This document shows positions 40,638-56,589 of a DNA stretch of 64,000 nucleotides, piece after piece. The DNA comes from an uncultured Acidimicrobiia bacterium (GTDB lineage Bacteria; Actinomycetota; Acidimicrobiia; Acidimicrobiales; CAZWPY01). A model generated the notes under the pieces. That model searched no databases and had not been told where the DNA came from. It was given only the letters and a program-made list of their open reading frames with translations. Every line of letters starts with the position of its first letter. Position 1 is the stretch's first letter. Where the stretch lies: the NCBI GenBank assembly GCA_964635475.1, contig CAZWPY010000002.1:17293-81292 (forward strand), given 5' to 3'. The translations under genes were made by a program, and so were the position numbers.

Positions 40638-40950
40638 CTCGAATCTCGTCCAGTCACACGAGCGCTCCGCCGGTCTTCACCGTCGGAGCGCTGCGATCGG
40701 TTCGCCGCGGCGTCCCCAGCAAGCTGGGCAACCGCGGACTGTCAGTTGCTTCCCTGATGAGTCGCGCACGCACGACTCACCCAACACTGTGCGCTCGTCG
40801 GCGACATCCCGGATCCATCACGACCACAGGTCGCGCCGGCGACGAGCAGGCCCGACAGCCTAGAGCACAACGACCCCAACAATCCAGTTCAGCCGACGCT
40901 GCCAATTCTTTGTCGCACCGGCGTCGCTCGAACGCCGATAGCGACGGCGG
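40638..40950 (-). promoter_or_regulatory. unusually long (313 nt) hairpin-rich rpsJ-rplC spacer; candidate cis-regulatory RNA
   Basis: There is no ORF of 60 aa or more on the coding strand. At least four stem-loops are visible, given in plus-strand coordinates. One is cgtcgct/agcgacg at 40922-40946, 5 nt after the rpsJ stop. One is gagtcg/cgactc around 40760-40779. One is a two-part ccgcgg/cccagc helix around 40700-40737. One is agcgctccg/cggagcgct at 40661-40692, 24 nt before the rplC ATG. Confidence 0.4.
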
Positions 40951-41265
40951 CTACGCCTGTTGCAGTTTGATTTCGATGTCGACGCCAGCGGGAAGGTCGA
41001 TACGTTGCAACGCGTCGATCGTCTTCGGCGTTGAGTCGACGATGTCGAGCAAACGCTTGTGCACCCGCATTTCGAAATGCTCGCGGCTGTCCTTGTCCTT
41101 GAAGGGTGACCGAATCACGGTAAAGCGGTGTTTGTCGGTCGGCAGCGGCATCGGACCGCGCACCTTTGCGTTGGTGCGGTTGACGGTCTCGACGATCTTG
41201 CGTGTCGAGGTGTCGATCAGCTCGTGGTCGTAAGCCTTGAGGCGAATGCGGATTCGTTGAGCCAT
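40951..41265 (-). CDS. rpsJ: 30S ribosomal protein S10
   Basis: [18 protein letters not shown]... Confidence 0.98.
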   Translation of the reverse strand: MAQRIRIRLKAYDHELIDTSTRKIVETVNRTNAKVRGPMPLPTDKHRFTVIRSPFKDKDSREHFEMRVHKRLLDIVDSTPKTIDALQRIDLPAGVDIEIKLQQA

Positions 41266-41270
41266 CAGTG

Positions 41271-42477
<1,207 letters not shown>

Positions 42478-42547
42478 GAATTGCTGGTGCGAGTGGGTGA
42501 AGAACTGCTGGGAACTCAGGAACCGAGGGTACCGATCACACGCCCGA

Positions 42548-44635
42548 CTATTCGCCGCGCACCCGCGCAACGATGTCTTTGGCAATGTTTTCGGGCACTT
42601 CGCTGTAGGAATCAAAGTGCATCGTGTACGTGGCACGGCCCTGCGACCGCGAACGAAGGTCGGTAGCGTAGCCGAACATCTCCGAAAGCGGCACTTGAGC
42701 CCTGATGACCTGGGCATTTCCGCGCTGCTCCATGCCCTCCACGCGGCCACGGCGTGAGTTGAGATCGCCGATGAGGTCGCCCATGTACTCGTCGGGAGTA
42801 ACGACCTCCACGGCCATCACCGGCTCGAGCAATACCGGGCTTGCCTGCCGAGCGGCCTTCTTGAACGCCAGCGAGCCCGCAATGCGGAACGCCATTTCCG
42901 AGGAGTCGACGTCGTGGTACGAACCAAACGTGAGACTCACCCGGATATCAACGGTCGGGTAGCCGGCAAGCACGCCCGAGTTCATCGCGTCCTGCACCCC
43001 GGCGTTGACGGCGGGGATGTATTCCTTGGGAATGACACCGCCGGAGATCTTGTCGACGAACTCGTAACCGCCGCCGGGGCCCGTCGGCTCGAGCGAGATC
43101 ACCACGTGGCCGTACTGACCACGACCACCGGACTGGCGGATGTAACGCTCTTCGATCTTCTCGACGGTCTTGCGGACCGTTTCGCGGTAGGCGACCTGCG
43201 GCTTACCGACATTGGCGTCGACGTTGAACTCACGCATCATCCGGTCGACGAGCACCTCAAGGTGCAACTCGCCCATGCCGGCGATGATCGTTTGCCCGGT
43301 CTCCTCGTCGGTACGAACCCGGAAAGTCGGGTCCTCTTCTGACAACGCGTGCAATGCCTTGCCGAGTTTGTCCTGGTCGGCTTTGGTCTTCGGCTCCACC
43401 GCGACGTGGATCACGGGCTCGGGGAACTCCATCTTCTCCAAGACGATGGGGTTGTCGGGGTCACACAACGTGTCGCCGGTGCCCGTCGCCTTCAACCCGA
43501 CGGCCGCGACGATGTCGCCAGCGAAGACCGCCTCTTTGTCCTCACGGTGGTTCGCGTGCATCTGCAGCAGACGACCCACACGCTCTTTCTTTTCGGTGGT
43601 CGAGTTGAGCACGCCGCTACCCGCCTCGATCGAACCCGAGTAGACGCGGAAGTACGTGAGCTTGCCGACGTAGGGGTCGCTCATGATCTTGAACGCCAAC
43701 GCGGAGAAGGGGGCGTCGTCGGCAGTCGGGCGCTCCATCTCCGCCTCGGTGCGGGGGTGGGTGCCCTTGGTCGGCGGGATGTCGATCGGGCTCGGCAGGT
43801 AGTCGACGATGGCGTCGAGCAAGGGCTGAACACCTTTGTTCTTAAAGGCCGTGCCGCACAAGACCGGCACAACGTGACCCGCGATCGTTTGGGCGCGGAT
43901 GGCCCTTTGCAGGTCGTCGACGGTGATCTCTTCTTCGCCGATGAACTTCTCGAGCAGGCTCTCGTCGTTGAGCGACAGCGTGTCGATGAGCTCTTGGCGC
44001 CAGGTGGCAGCGTCGTCGGCCAGATCAGCGGGGATGTCCTCGGTGTTGAACACCGCACCGTTCTCGTCGCCGGTCCAGATCAACGCTTTCATCGCGAGCA
44101 GGTCGACGACGCCTTTGAAATCAGCCTCGGTACCGATCGGCAACTGCAAAACCGCCACCGTCGCGTCGAGGCGATTCTTGATCGAGTCAACGGCGGCATA
44201 GAAGTCGGCGCCGACGCGGTCGAGTTTGTTCACAAAACACATACGGGGCACGCCGTACTTGTTGGCCTGGCGCCACACGGTTTCGGTCTGCGGTTCGACG
44301 CCAGCAACGCCGTCGAACACCGCGACGGCACCGTCGAGCACACGCAACGACCGCTCGACCTCGATCGTGAAGTCGACGTGGCCGGGGGTATCGATGATGT
44401 TGATCCAGCAGTCGCGCCAGCGACAGGTGGTCGCAGCCGACGTGATCGTGATGCCACGTTCTTGCTCCTGGACCATCCAGTCCATCGTCGCCGCGCCTTC
44501 GTGCACCTCACCGATCTTGTAGGTACGCCCGGTGTAAAAGAGGATGCGCTCGGTCGTGGTCGTCTTGCCGGCGTCGATGTGGGCCATGATCCCGATGTTG
44601 CGGGTCTTGGCGAGGGGGAACTCTCTTTTAGCCAT
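42548..44635 (-). CDS. fusA: elongation factor G
   Basis: [24 protein letters not shown]. Confidence 0.99.
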   Translation of the reverse strand: MAKREFPLAKTRNIGIMAHIDAGKTTTTERILFYTGRTYKIGEVHEGAATMDWMVQEQERGITITSAATTCRWRDCWINIIDTPGHVDFTIEVERSLRVLDGAVAVFDGVAGVEPQTETVWRQANKYGVPRMCFVNKLDRVGADFYAAVDSIKNRLDATVAVLQLPIGTEADFKGVVDLLAMKALIWTGDENGAVFNTEDIPADLADDAATWRQELIDTLSLNDESLLEKFIGEEEITVDDLQRAIRAQTIAGHVVPVLCGTAFKNKGVQPLLDAIVDYLPSPIDIPPTKGTHPRTEAEMERPTADDAPFSALAFKIMSDPYVGKLTYFRVYSGSIEAGSGVLNSTTEKKERVGRLLQMHANHREDKEAVFAGDIVAAVGLKATGTGDTLCDPDNPIVLEKMEFPEPVIHVAVEPKTKADQDKLGKALHALSEEDPTFRVRTDEETGQTIIAGMGELHLEVLVDRMMREFNVDANVGKPQVAYRETVRKTVEKIEERYIRQSGGRGQYGHVVISLEPTGPGGGYEFVDKISGGVIPKEYIPAVNAGVQDAMNSGVLAGYPTVDIRVSLTFGSYHDVDSSEMAFRIAGSLAFKKAARQASPVLLEPVMAVEVVTPDEYMGDLIGDLNSRRGRVEGMEQRGNAQVIRAQVPLSEMFGYATDLRSRSQGRATYTMHFDSYSEVPENIAKDIVARVRGE

Positions 44636-44747
44636 GGTCGTTTCTCTTGGGTGTTAGTTCGGGATCGTGGGTGGGGACTTGGGGCGCCGTGTGGACGCGC
44701 AGACGCCCCCGCTAGGCGAGGGCGTCGATGCGAGAGCGTGCGGCGGA

Positions 44748-45218
44748 CTACCAGCGGTAGTGCGCGAAGGCCTTGTTGGACTCAGCCATCTTGTGCATGT
44801 CTTCACGACGCTTTACTGCGTTGCCAATGCCGTTGGCAGCATCGAGCAACTCGTTGGCAAGGCGCTGGGCCATGGTCTTCTCACGACGGTTGCGCGCGAA
44901 GGTGACAAGCCAGCGGATCGACAGCGTGGTCGCGCGGCGGGGGCGCACGTCGACCGGAACCTGGTAGGTCGCACCACCGACTCGGCGTGAACGCACCTCA
45001 AGCGCGGGGCGGGTGTTGTCGACCGCCCGCTTCAAGATCGCAATCGGTTCTGAACCCGTCTTCTCTGCGACGATGCTCAGTGCGTCGTAAACGATCTTCT
45101 CGGCCAACGAACGCTTCCCGCGCAACAACACCTTGTTGATGAGCTGGGTGACGACGATCGAGCGATACATCGGGTCGGGAGTGAGTTCCCGACGCGGAGC
45201 TGCACCTTTACGAGGCAC
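44748..45218 (-). CDS. rpsG: 30S ribosomal protein S7
   Basis: [20 protein letters not shown]. Confidence 0.98.
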   Translation of the reverse strand: MPRKGAAPRRELTPDPMYRSIVVTQLINKVLLRGKRSLAEKIVYDALSIVAEKTGSEPIAILKRAVDNTRPALEVRSRRVGGATYQVPVDVRPRRATTLSIRWLVTFARNRREKTMAQRLANELLDAANGIGNAVKRREDMHKMAESNKAFAHYRW

Positions 45219-45221
45219 GGA

Positions 45222-45590
45222 TCAGCCTTTCTTTGCGCCGTAACGGCTGCGAGCCTGCTTGCGGTCACGCACGCCCTGAGTGTCGAGCGTGCCGCGGATC
45301 ACCTTGTAACGAACACCCGGCAGGTCCTTCACACGGCCACCACGAACGAGCACGATCGAGTGCTCTTGCAAGTTGTGGCCTTCGCCAGGGATGTAGGCCG
45401 TGATCTCGACGCCGCTCGACAGGCGCACACGGGCGACCTTACGAATGGCGGAGTTCGGCTTCTTCGGGGTGACCGTGTACACACGCGTGCACACGCCACG
45501 ACGTTGCGGCGAACCCTTAAGGGCCGGGGTCTTCGACTTGTAGCGTTTGGCCTGACGACCCTTACGCACCAGCTGCTGAATAGTGGGCAC
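45222..45590 (-). CDS. rpsL: 30S ribosomal protein S12
   Basis: GTG 45590 with an AGAGG SD. (V)[38 protein letters not shown]. Confidence 0.97.
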   Translation of the reverse strand: MPTIQQLVRKGRQAKRYKSKTPALKGSPQRRGVCTRVYTVTPKKPNSAIRKVARVRLSSGVEITAYIPGEGHNLQEHSIVLVRGGRVKDLPGVRYKVIRGTLDTQGVRDRKQARSRYGAKKG

Positions 45591-45649
45591 AGAAACCTCT
45601 CGAGTGGGGGCGACGAACTCAAACTCCGGCCGCCCACAGGGGACCTGCA

Positions 45650-45679
45650 ATCCTAAGGCCTCCACGCCCCGGGCGCCAA
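45650..45679 (-). promoter_or_regulatory. candidate rpsL promoter (-35 TTGGCG, 18 nt, -10 TAGGAT)
   Basis: Minus strand ttggcg-N18-taggat, about 60 nt upstream of the rpsL GTG. This is a by-eye match to the actinobacterial TANNNT -10. Confidence 0.3.
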
Positions 45680-45720
45680 CCTCGTGACCGAGAAGCTGGC
45701 AACTCGGGGACGCGTACATG

Positions 45721-46599
45721 TCAAGCCCGTCGAAACATCGCAGCCAGGAGATCCTCAGTGCGCGGCGTTGTACCCACGGCCTGATCTAACGGAACTCGCG
45801 CCCAGCCCCGCGATCGCGACCACAACAACTTCGCTGACTGAAACCTAGTGGCCAGCCAAACGCAATCCAGCACGGCCGGGAGTTCGGGACATCCGGCCGG
45901 AACGTCCTCGCTACAAGCCAACCGATCCCAGATTCCGAAGGAGGAGCCGGACTCCTCCACGCATAGAAACAAGTGTCGTTGGTCACAGTCCGCGTCGGTG
46001 AGTTTCGCGATCTTGCGGGTTAGATCGGTTTGCGTCAGCCGGCTGGAGAGCCAGCTGGGCAGCCCTTCAATCGACTCAACGAAACCTGAAAGCGGTGGCT
46101 CAACTAGGACGACCGAGCCCGGCGGGCAGCGCTTGTGGGGGGCCCAGGCAGCGACTCTGACAGGGTGGGCCGCAAGCCAACGAAAGGGCGGGGTATCCCA
46201 GATCGGGTCGGGGAGGACATTCGGATTTTCAACCCCGGCGCGAATGCACTCTTCGATAACCGCAGGAAGGTGGCGCTGCACAGACTTCAAGCGGCAAGGC
46301 CCGCTCACCACCACCCGCCATGCCCGCTCCGACTCAACGCGCTCGAGTGCAGACTTCAGCTTCGCGCTCGTCGCGGCGAAGCCAGCCTTCAGCTCCATGC
46401 CGGCACGGTCAGCAAGTCGGGTCACCTCAAGAGCCACCGTCCGGCCGTCCGGGAGTCTCAGCAGCGAATCGACCATCCGGCCGCGGGAGCCGTCGTCGCG
46501 ACCAACGACATGCGCGTCGAGGTCTCGACAAACAAGCGCTTCAGCAAAGCGCTCCAACCGCCTATGGCACTCATCACAACTACAGGACGGTCCGTGCAC
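45721..46599 (-). CDS. hypothetical protein (292 aa) with an N-terminal Cys/His cluster
   Basis: GTG start, with no family recognised. It has CSCDECH near the N-terminus and then [18 protein letters not shown]. Many A/T-ending and rare codons (tgt, agt, aga, agg, tta, cta, aat, att) contrast with the flanking r-protein genes. Confidence 0.55.
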   Translation of the reverse strand: MHGPSCSCDECHRRLERFAEALVCRDLDAHVVGRDDGSRGRMVDSLLRLPDGRTVALEVTRLADRAGMELKAGFAATSAKLKSALERVESERAWRVVVSGPCRLKSVQRHLPAVIEECIRAGVENPNVLPDPIWDTPPFRWLAAHPVRVAAWAPHKRCPPGSVVLVEPPLSGFVESIEGLPSWLSSRLTQTDLTRKIAKLTDADCDQRHLFLCVEESGSSFGIWDRLACSEDVPAGCPELPAVLDCVWLATRFQSAKLLWSRSRGWARVPLDQAVGTTPRTEDLLAAMFRRA

Positions 46600-46668
46600 T
46601 CGATGAGCTTCGCAGCCGGCAAGGCCGCGTTGTCGAGACTTCGCAACCCATCCCTCGGCACTTGGCGC

Positions 46669-47328
46669 TCAGCGGAGGCCGAGGTGGGTGGTTGGGGCGT
46701 GGGGGTCGAGCGGGGAAACGCCGGCGAGAGCGCTCACATGGGTGGCGACGGCGCATCGGAAGCCGATGACGGCGCTCACTAGGTCGATGTCGAACGCAAA
46801 ACACCAGTCCAATGTCGGTGGCCAGAAGAGCTCGATCGGTTTGCGACCGCCGAAGCCACTCGTGAAACACAGGTCATCGCCGAGAACTGCGTCGCACAGG
46901 TAGTAGCGCCGCGCGGTTATGGACAGAGTCGCCGTGTCGGGCGGTGGGCGCTGGAGCCACCCCCCGCCTTCCCACACGCCCACGACGATCGGCGTCGGAC
47001 CAAACACCTGCGCAATCGACGCAACCACTCGGCCGAAGTACTCGACGTCGGACTCGTACTCGACGTCTGACTGCGAGCCTCGCGGCCAGTACGCCATCGA
47101 GTCGGCCCACTGGGGCACAAGGATCGACACCGGGAGGGAGGCTTGGCCCGCTGGCCAAGCCGGAAAGACAGGAGGCTCGAAGGGCTGGTCGTTTGTTAGC
47201 CACGTCACGCGGGCCGGGGGACGGCCACTGGGTGACTCGCTCCAACGCCGCACGCGCCCGGTCCCGACTTCGACACTGACCCACTGCACCGTCGCAGAAT
47301 CGTCGGCGGTTGCGCCGGGATCAGACAT
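46669..47328 (-). CDS. hypothetical protein (219 aa)
   Basis: ATG 47328. Motifs are VWEGGGW, RRYYLCD and ELFWPPTLDWCFAFDIDLVSAVIG, plus an internal SDVEYESDVEY duplication. No function can be assigned. Confidence 0.55.
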   Translation of the reverse strand: MSDPGATADDSATVQWVSVEVGTGRVRRWSESPSGRPPARVTWLTNDQPFEPPVFPAWPAGQASLPVSILVPQWADSMAYWPRGSQSDVEYESDVEYFGRVVASIAQVFGPTPIVVGVWEGGGWLQRPPPDTATLSITARRYYLCDAVLGDDLCFTSGFGGRKPIELFWPPTLDWCFAFDIDLVSAVIGFRCAVATHVSALAGVSPLDPHAPTTHLGLR

Positions 47329-47368
47329 CGCCGCTCACCCGCACCGGATGAGTCTCGCGCCGCATTCT

Positions 47369-47402
47369 CCGCCTCGCCCCGGCAATAACCGAGGCGAGGC
47401 GG
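47369..47402 (-). terminator. hairpin after rpoC
   Basis: ccgcctcgcc / ggcgaggcgg 10-bp stem with a 14-nt loop, 9 nt after the rpoC stop. There is no U-tract. Confidence 0.4.
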
Positions 47403-47410
47403 ACGCGGAG

Positions 47411-51414
<4,004 letters not shown>

Positions 51415-51415
<1 letters not shown>

Positions 51416-54400
51416 CAGTAAGCACCCTCTCGACGTCGCTCATCTTCTTCGTCACTGCCCCGCTCAGGCCGAGACAGGTCAATGCCCAACTCCTCGGCCG
51501 CACGGAACACTTCTTCATCGAGTTCACGCATCTCGATCTGTTGGCCCACCTGGTTGAGGACCTCGATGTCGAGACACAACGACTGCATTTCCTTGATCAG
51601 AACCTTGAAGGACTCAGGAATTCCCGGCTCGGGAATGTTCTCGCCCTTCACGATCGCCTCGTACACCTTCACGCGGCCGAGCACGTCGTCGGACTTGATC
51701 GTGAGCAGCTCCTGCAACGCGTACGCCGAGCCGTAGGCCTCGAGTGCCCACACCTCCATCTCGCCGAAGCGCTGGCCGCCAAACTGCGCCTTGCCGCCCA
51801 GTGGCTGCTGGGTGATCATCGAGTACGGCCCCGTTGAACGGGCGTGGATCTTGTCGTCGACCAAGTGGCTGAGCTTCAAGATGTAGCTGTAACCAACCGT
51901 CACTTGCTGGTCGTACGGCTCGCCGGTTCGGCCGTTGTAGAGCTGCGCCTTGCCGTCACGACCGATCAGTCGCGCACCGGAACGGTCACGAGCGTCGGTT
52001 CGCAACGAAGCCAACAACTGCTTGATCGTCGGGTGCCGGCCCGCATCTTCCTCGTCCCAGTGAGCGCCGTCGAAGACTGGCGTACTGACCCACACCTCGG
52101 GCTCGGCCTTCGGCTGCGTCTTTCGATACGCGGCGGCCGAGTCGCTCGCAGGTGCCGGCGCGGCGGGGCCGTCGGCCCAGCCGTAACGAGCGGCATAACC
52201 GAGGTGCGCTTCGAGCACCTGGCCCACGTTCATTCGGCTCGGAACGCCCAGCGGGTTGAGGATGATGTCGACGGGGGTTCCGTCGGCCAAAAACGGCATG
52301 TCCTCAACCGGAAGGATCTTCGAGATAACACCCTTGTTGCCGTGACGGCCGGCAAGTTTGTCGCCCTCTGAGATCTTGCGTCGCTGTGCGACATAGACCC
52401 GCACAAGCTGGTTGACGCCCGGGGCGAGCTCGGTCCCGTCGTCACGGGTGAAGACCCGTACGTCGATGACCTTGCCCGACTCGCCGTGAGGAACCTTCAG
52501 TGAGGTGTCACGAACTTCACGCGCCTTCTCACCGAAAATCGCCCGCAAGAGTCGCTCTTCAGGGGTTAGCTCGGTCTCGCCCTTAGGCGTGACCTTGCCG
52601 ACGAGCACGTCGCCGGGACCGACTTCGGCTCCGATACGAATGATGCCGCGCTCATCGAGGTCCTTGAGGATGTCCTCGGAGAGATTGGGGATATCCCGGG
52701 TGATCTCTTCGGAGCCCAGTTTGGTGTCACGAGCGTCGACCTCATGCTCCTCGATGTGGATCGAGGTGAGCACGTCGTCGCGCACCAAACGCTCCGACAA
52801 GATGATCGCGTCTTCGTAGTTGTAACCCTCCCACGGCATGAAGGCCACGAGCAGGTTCTTGCCGAGGGCCAACTCGCCTGCATCGGTGGAGGGCCCGTCG
52901 GCGAGCACTGTCCCCTTCTTCACACGCTGGCCGGACTCGACCACCGCACGCTGGTTGATGCAGGTGCCCTGATTGGAGCGGTAGAACTTCAACAGCGCGT
53001 AGTGCTTACGTTTGCCGGCGACCGGCTGGGGGTACAAGAAGCTGCGAGCCGGTGGCACTTTTTCGCCCGGCTTCGGTGGGTCGTAGTCGACCACGATGTG
53101 ATCGCCGGTCACTTCGACAATCACGCCGTCACCCTCGGCCATAACGACGTCGCCCGCGTCACGAGCGGCGCGCGCCTCGACGCCCGTTCCGATGAACGGC
53201 GCCTCAGGGCGAACCAACGGCACGGCCTGCCGCTGCATGTTCGAACCCATCAACGCACGGTTCGCATCGTCGTGCTCAAGGAAGGGAATCAACGACGTCG
53301 CGACCGACACAATCTGCTTGGGCGACACGTCCATGAACTGGACTTCGTTGCTCGGCACGAGGTCGACTTCGCTGGTAGTGCCGTATGCGCCAGCACTGGT
53401 GCCGACTCGAACGCCGGACCGCTGCGGCCCACGACGCACAAGCACACGCTCGTCGGCAAAGGAGCCGTCCTCAGCGATACCCGCGTTGGCCTGGGCAATG
53501 ATGAATTCCTCTTCGGAGTCAGCCGACATGTAGACGATCTGGTCGGTGACTTTGCCGTCTTCAACCTTGCGATACGGCGTCTCGATAAAGCCGAAGTCGT
53601 TTACTCGTGCGTAACTTGCCAACGAGCCGATCAGGCCGATGTTGGGACCTTCCGGAGTCTCGATCGGGCACATGCGGCCGTAGTGGCTGGAGTGCACGTC
53701 TCGGACTTCGAAACCCGCTCGCTCGCGAGACAAGCCGCCGGGCCCAAGAGCCGACAAGCGGCGCTTGTGGGTCAGACCCGTCAGCGGATTCGTCTGGTCC
53801 ATGAACTGGCTGAGCTGCGACGTTCCGAAGAACTCCTTGATCGCAGCCACCAACGGGCGGATGTTGATCAAGGTCTGCGGCGTGATCGCCTCGACGTCTT
53901 GGGTGGTCATGCGCTCACGCACGACACGTTCCATACGGGAAAGCCCGATTCGGACCTGGTTTTGGATCAGCTCGCCGACCGAACGGACACGGCGGTTGGC
54001 GAAGTGGTCCTGGTCGTCCCAGCGGTAACCCGGCTCACTGGCGCCGAGGTGAAGCAAGTACGTGGCCGCGGCGAGCATTTCCGACGGCGCCAACGTGCCT
54101 TGATTCTCGTCGGGCCGAACGAGATCGATCTCAAGGTCGTTAGCCAGACGCTCGATCTCGGGGCCGAGTTTGCGGTTCAGCTTGTAACGGCCAACGCGGG
54201 TGAGGTCGTAACGCTTCGGGTTAAAAAATGCGTTCTCGAAGTAGACGCGGGCGGGCTCGGGCGACGGCGGCTCACCCGGACGGGCACGCTTGTAGATCTC
54301 GACGAGTGCTTCCTCGCGGGTCGGGAACAGGTCGCGTTCCTTTTCCCACTGCTCACCGAGGAACTCGAAGTGGCGAGCAAAGCGGTCGAGAAATCCCGGC

Positions 54401-55023
54401 GCACGTTCCTCGTCGTACCCCAACGCCCGCAGGATCGTGAACAACGACAAACGCCGTTTACGCGCAACGCGGGCCCCGGCTGTGAGGGGTTTACCCGGCT
54501 TGTGCTCAAGATCGAACTCGATCCACTCACCTCGATAGGGGTGGATGGTGCCGGTGACAAGGGTCTTGGCATCCTTGCCCGGCTGAAAGATCACGCCCGG
54601 CGAGCGCACGAGCTGACTGACGACCACACGCTCGGTGCCGTTAATGACGAACGTCCCCTTGGTCGTCATGACCGGGAAGTCGCCCATAAACACGGTCTGC
54701 TCTTTGATTTCGCCGGTTTGCGCGTTCATGAAGCGAGCACGCACGAAAATCGGCGCCTGGTAGCTCATGTCCTTGGCCTTGCACTCCTCTACGGAGTACT
54801 TGGGCTCGGGACGCAAGTCGGGGTCGTCACGGTCGAACTCGAGCTCAAGGCGCAAGTTGCCCGAGAAGTCCTCGATTGGACTGATGTCGGCGAAGGTCTC
54901 GGCGAGACCTTGCTCCAAGAACCATGCGAACGAGGCCCTTTGGACCGCGATCAGGTCGGGTAGGTCGGCAACCTCATCGAGGTTGCCAAAGGAGTAACGG
55001 TCGCGAGAGTTGACTAAAGACAC
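51415..55023 (-). CDS. rpoB: DNA-directed RNA polymerase subunit beta
   Basis: 1202 aa, GTG start. It has the [16 protein letters not shown] rifampicin-cluster region and SRMNVGQ. Confidence 0.99.
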
Positions 55024-55294
55024 GGGCTATCCCTGGGGTGCGACAGGCGAATCGGCGCGCGCGACCACAACGGCAGAAATCGGACCGGGGGCGCGCGAAG
55101 CCAAGGTGAGTTGGATGCTACCGCTTCGCGGGACGGGAAAGCAAGCCCACCGCACTGGGTGCGGGTGAGCTTGGCTATATGACCTTGTCTCTTGCTCTCG
55201 CCAAGATTCCGACGTGAGTGTTAGCCGAGCCCGTTTCGGGGACCGAAGCTGCGGGGCAGGGTACGCCCGTACCGCGTGCAGGTCAAGGTTCTAG

Positions 55295-55318
55295 GTCCCG
55301 GGCGCACGCGCCCGGGAC
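55295..55318 (-). terminator. palindromic hairpin between rplL and rpoB (attenuator candidate)
   Basis: gtcccgggcgc-ac-gcgcccgggac, about 25 nt after the rplL stop. There is no U-tract. Confidence 0.4.
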
Positions 55319-55342
55319 TCACAACCACGACGAAGCGGGGTG

Positions 55343-55726
55343 TTACTTAACTTCGACCGACGCGCCGGCGCCCTCAAGCTGCGCCTTGGCCTTGTCGGCG
55401 TCTTCCTTCGACACCTTCTCGAGCACCGGCTTGGGTGCTGCGTCGACGAGGTCCTTCGCCTCTTTGAGGCCGAGCTTGGTGAGCTCGCGGACCTCTTTGA
55501 TGACCTGGATCTTCTTGTCGCCGGCGGCAACGAGGATGACGTCGAACTCGTCCTTCTCCTCAGCAGCGGCAGCCTCGCCGCCGCCACCACCGCCGACAGC
55601 TGCGACGGCCACCGGGGCTGCCGCAGTCACGCCGAACTTGTCCTCAAAGGCCTTGAGCAGCTCGCTGAGCTCCAAGACGCTCATGGAACCAATCGCGTCG
55701 AGGATTTCTTCGGTGCTGAGTGCCAT
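55343..55726 (-). CDS. rplL: 50S ribosomal protein L7/L12
   Basis: [33 protein letters not shown]...KEAKDLVD. Confidence 0.98.
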   Translation of the reverse strand: MALSTEEILDAIGSMSVLELSELLKAFEDKFGVTAAAPVAVAAVGGGGGGEAAAAEEKDEFDVILVAAGDKKIQVIKEVRELTKLGLKEAKDLVDAAPKPVLEKVSKEDADKAKAQLEGAGASVEVK

Positions 55727-55804
55727 GGCTATTTCTCCTTGCTTGGTGTCTTCTGTGTTGATCGGGTGCAGCGCGCGGGTGACGTGCGCCGAAACGGAAT
55801 TGGC

Positions 55805-56353
55805 TTACGCCGCGTTCTTCTGGTCGATGAGGGCCTTGAGTCCGTACGCGAAGTTGCGTGGCAGTGCCTGCAGCAGGCCCGCGAACTTCTGCATGGGGGC
55901 GGCAAAACCGCCGGCGATCTGGGCGAGCAACACCTCGCGGCTCGGCAAGCTAGCCAAGGCATCCGCGTCGGCAGCACTGAGCGCTTTGGATCCCAGGGTT
56001 CCGCCTTTGACGACCAGGGCTTGGTGAGTCTTTGCAAACTCCTTCAGCGCCTTAGCGGCCGCAGCCGCGTCGCCGGCGACGAACGCGATGCCCGTCGGCC
56101 CAGTGAGGAGGTCGGTCAGCGCGTCGTGGCCCGTCGCGCGAGCAGCGCGCGACACCAACGTGTTTTTGTAGATCTTGAGCGTCGCGTTACCGGCGAGAGC
56201 TGAGCGCAATTCGGCGAGCTCGGCGACTTTCAGGCCGCGGTACTCGGTAACCAAAACGGCGCTCGACTCCTCGAGACGCTTATGGACGTCGTCGACGGCG
56301 GCGACCTTCTCTGGGCGCGGTTCGCGTTCTGAACGATCAGGGCGGGTTGACAT
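55805..56353 (-). CDS. rplJ: 50S ribosomal protein L10
   Basis: ATG 56353. EKVAAVDDVHKRLEESSAVLVTEYRGLKVAELAELR. Confidence 0.95.
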   Translation of the reverse strand: MSTRPDRSEREPRPEKVAAVDDVHKRLEESSAVLVTEYRGLKVAELAELRSALAGNATLKIYKNTLVSRAARATGHDALTDLLTGPTGIAFVAGDAAAAAKALKEFAKTHQALVVKGGTLGSKALSAADADALASLPSREVLLAQIAGGFAAPMQKFAGLLQALPRNFAYGLKALIDQKNAA

Positions 56354-56589
56354 CGTGCTCCGTTTCCACTGTGACGGAGAACACCCACGACGCACACCCC
56401 GAGCACCCCGCGCCGCCCGTCAGGGCGTCGGCGGTGTTCAGACTGGACTCTCGCCTGGTCGGGTGGCCCGAGGGCCATTAGACCGCTGCGCGGTACCCGA
56501 GGTCTACGGCATGAGGTTCGAGCCGCAAAGTGTAGCCGCGCACGTCGCACCGGAAAATCCTCTACCGGCGCGAGGACTGGTCAGGCCGC
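56354..56589 (-). promoter_or_regulatory. candidate rplJ (L10) leader
   Basis: A 236-nt untranslated region lies upstream of rplJ. The hairpin ctccgt-N10-acggag (56358-56379) pairs with the GGAG SD located 4 nt before the ATG. Confidence 0.35.

Noticed and set aside
40631-41233. 200-aa plus ORF covering the rpsJ-rplC spacer and rpsJ.
   Set aside because: It is antisense to rpsJ and has a low-complexity Ser/Arg-rich product. It does not explain the spacer.
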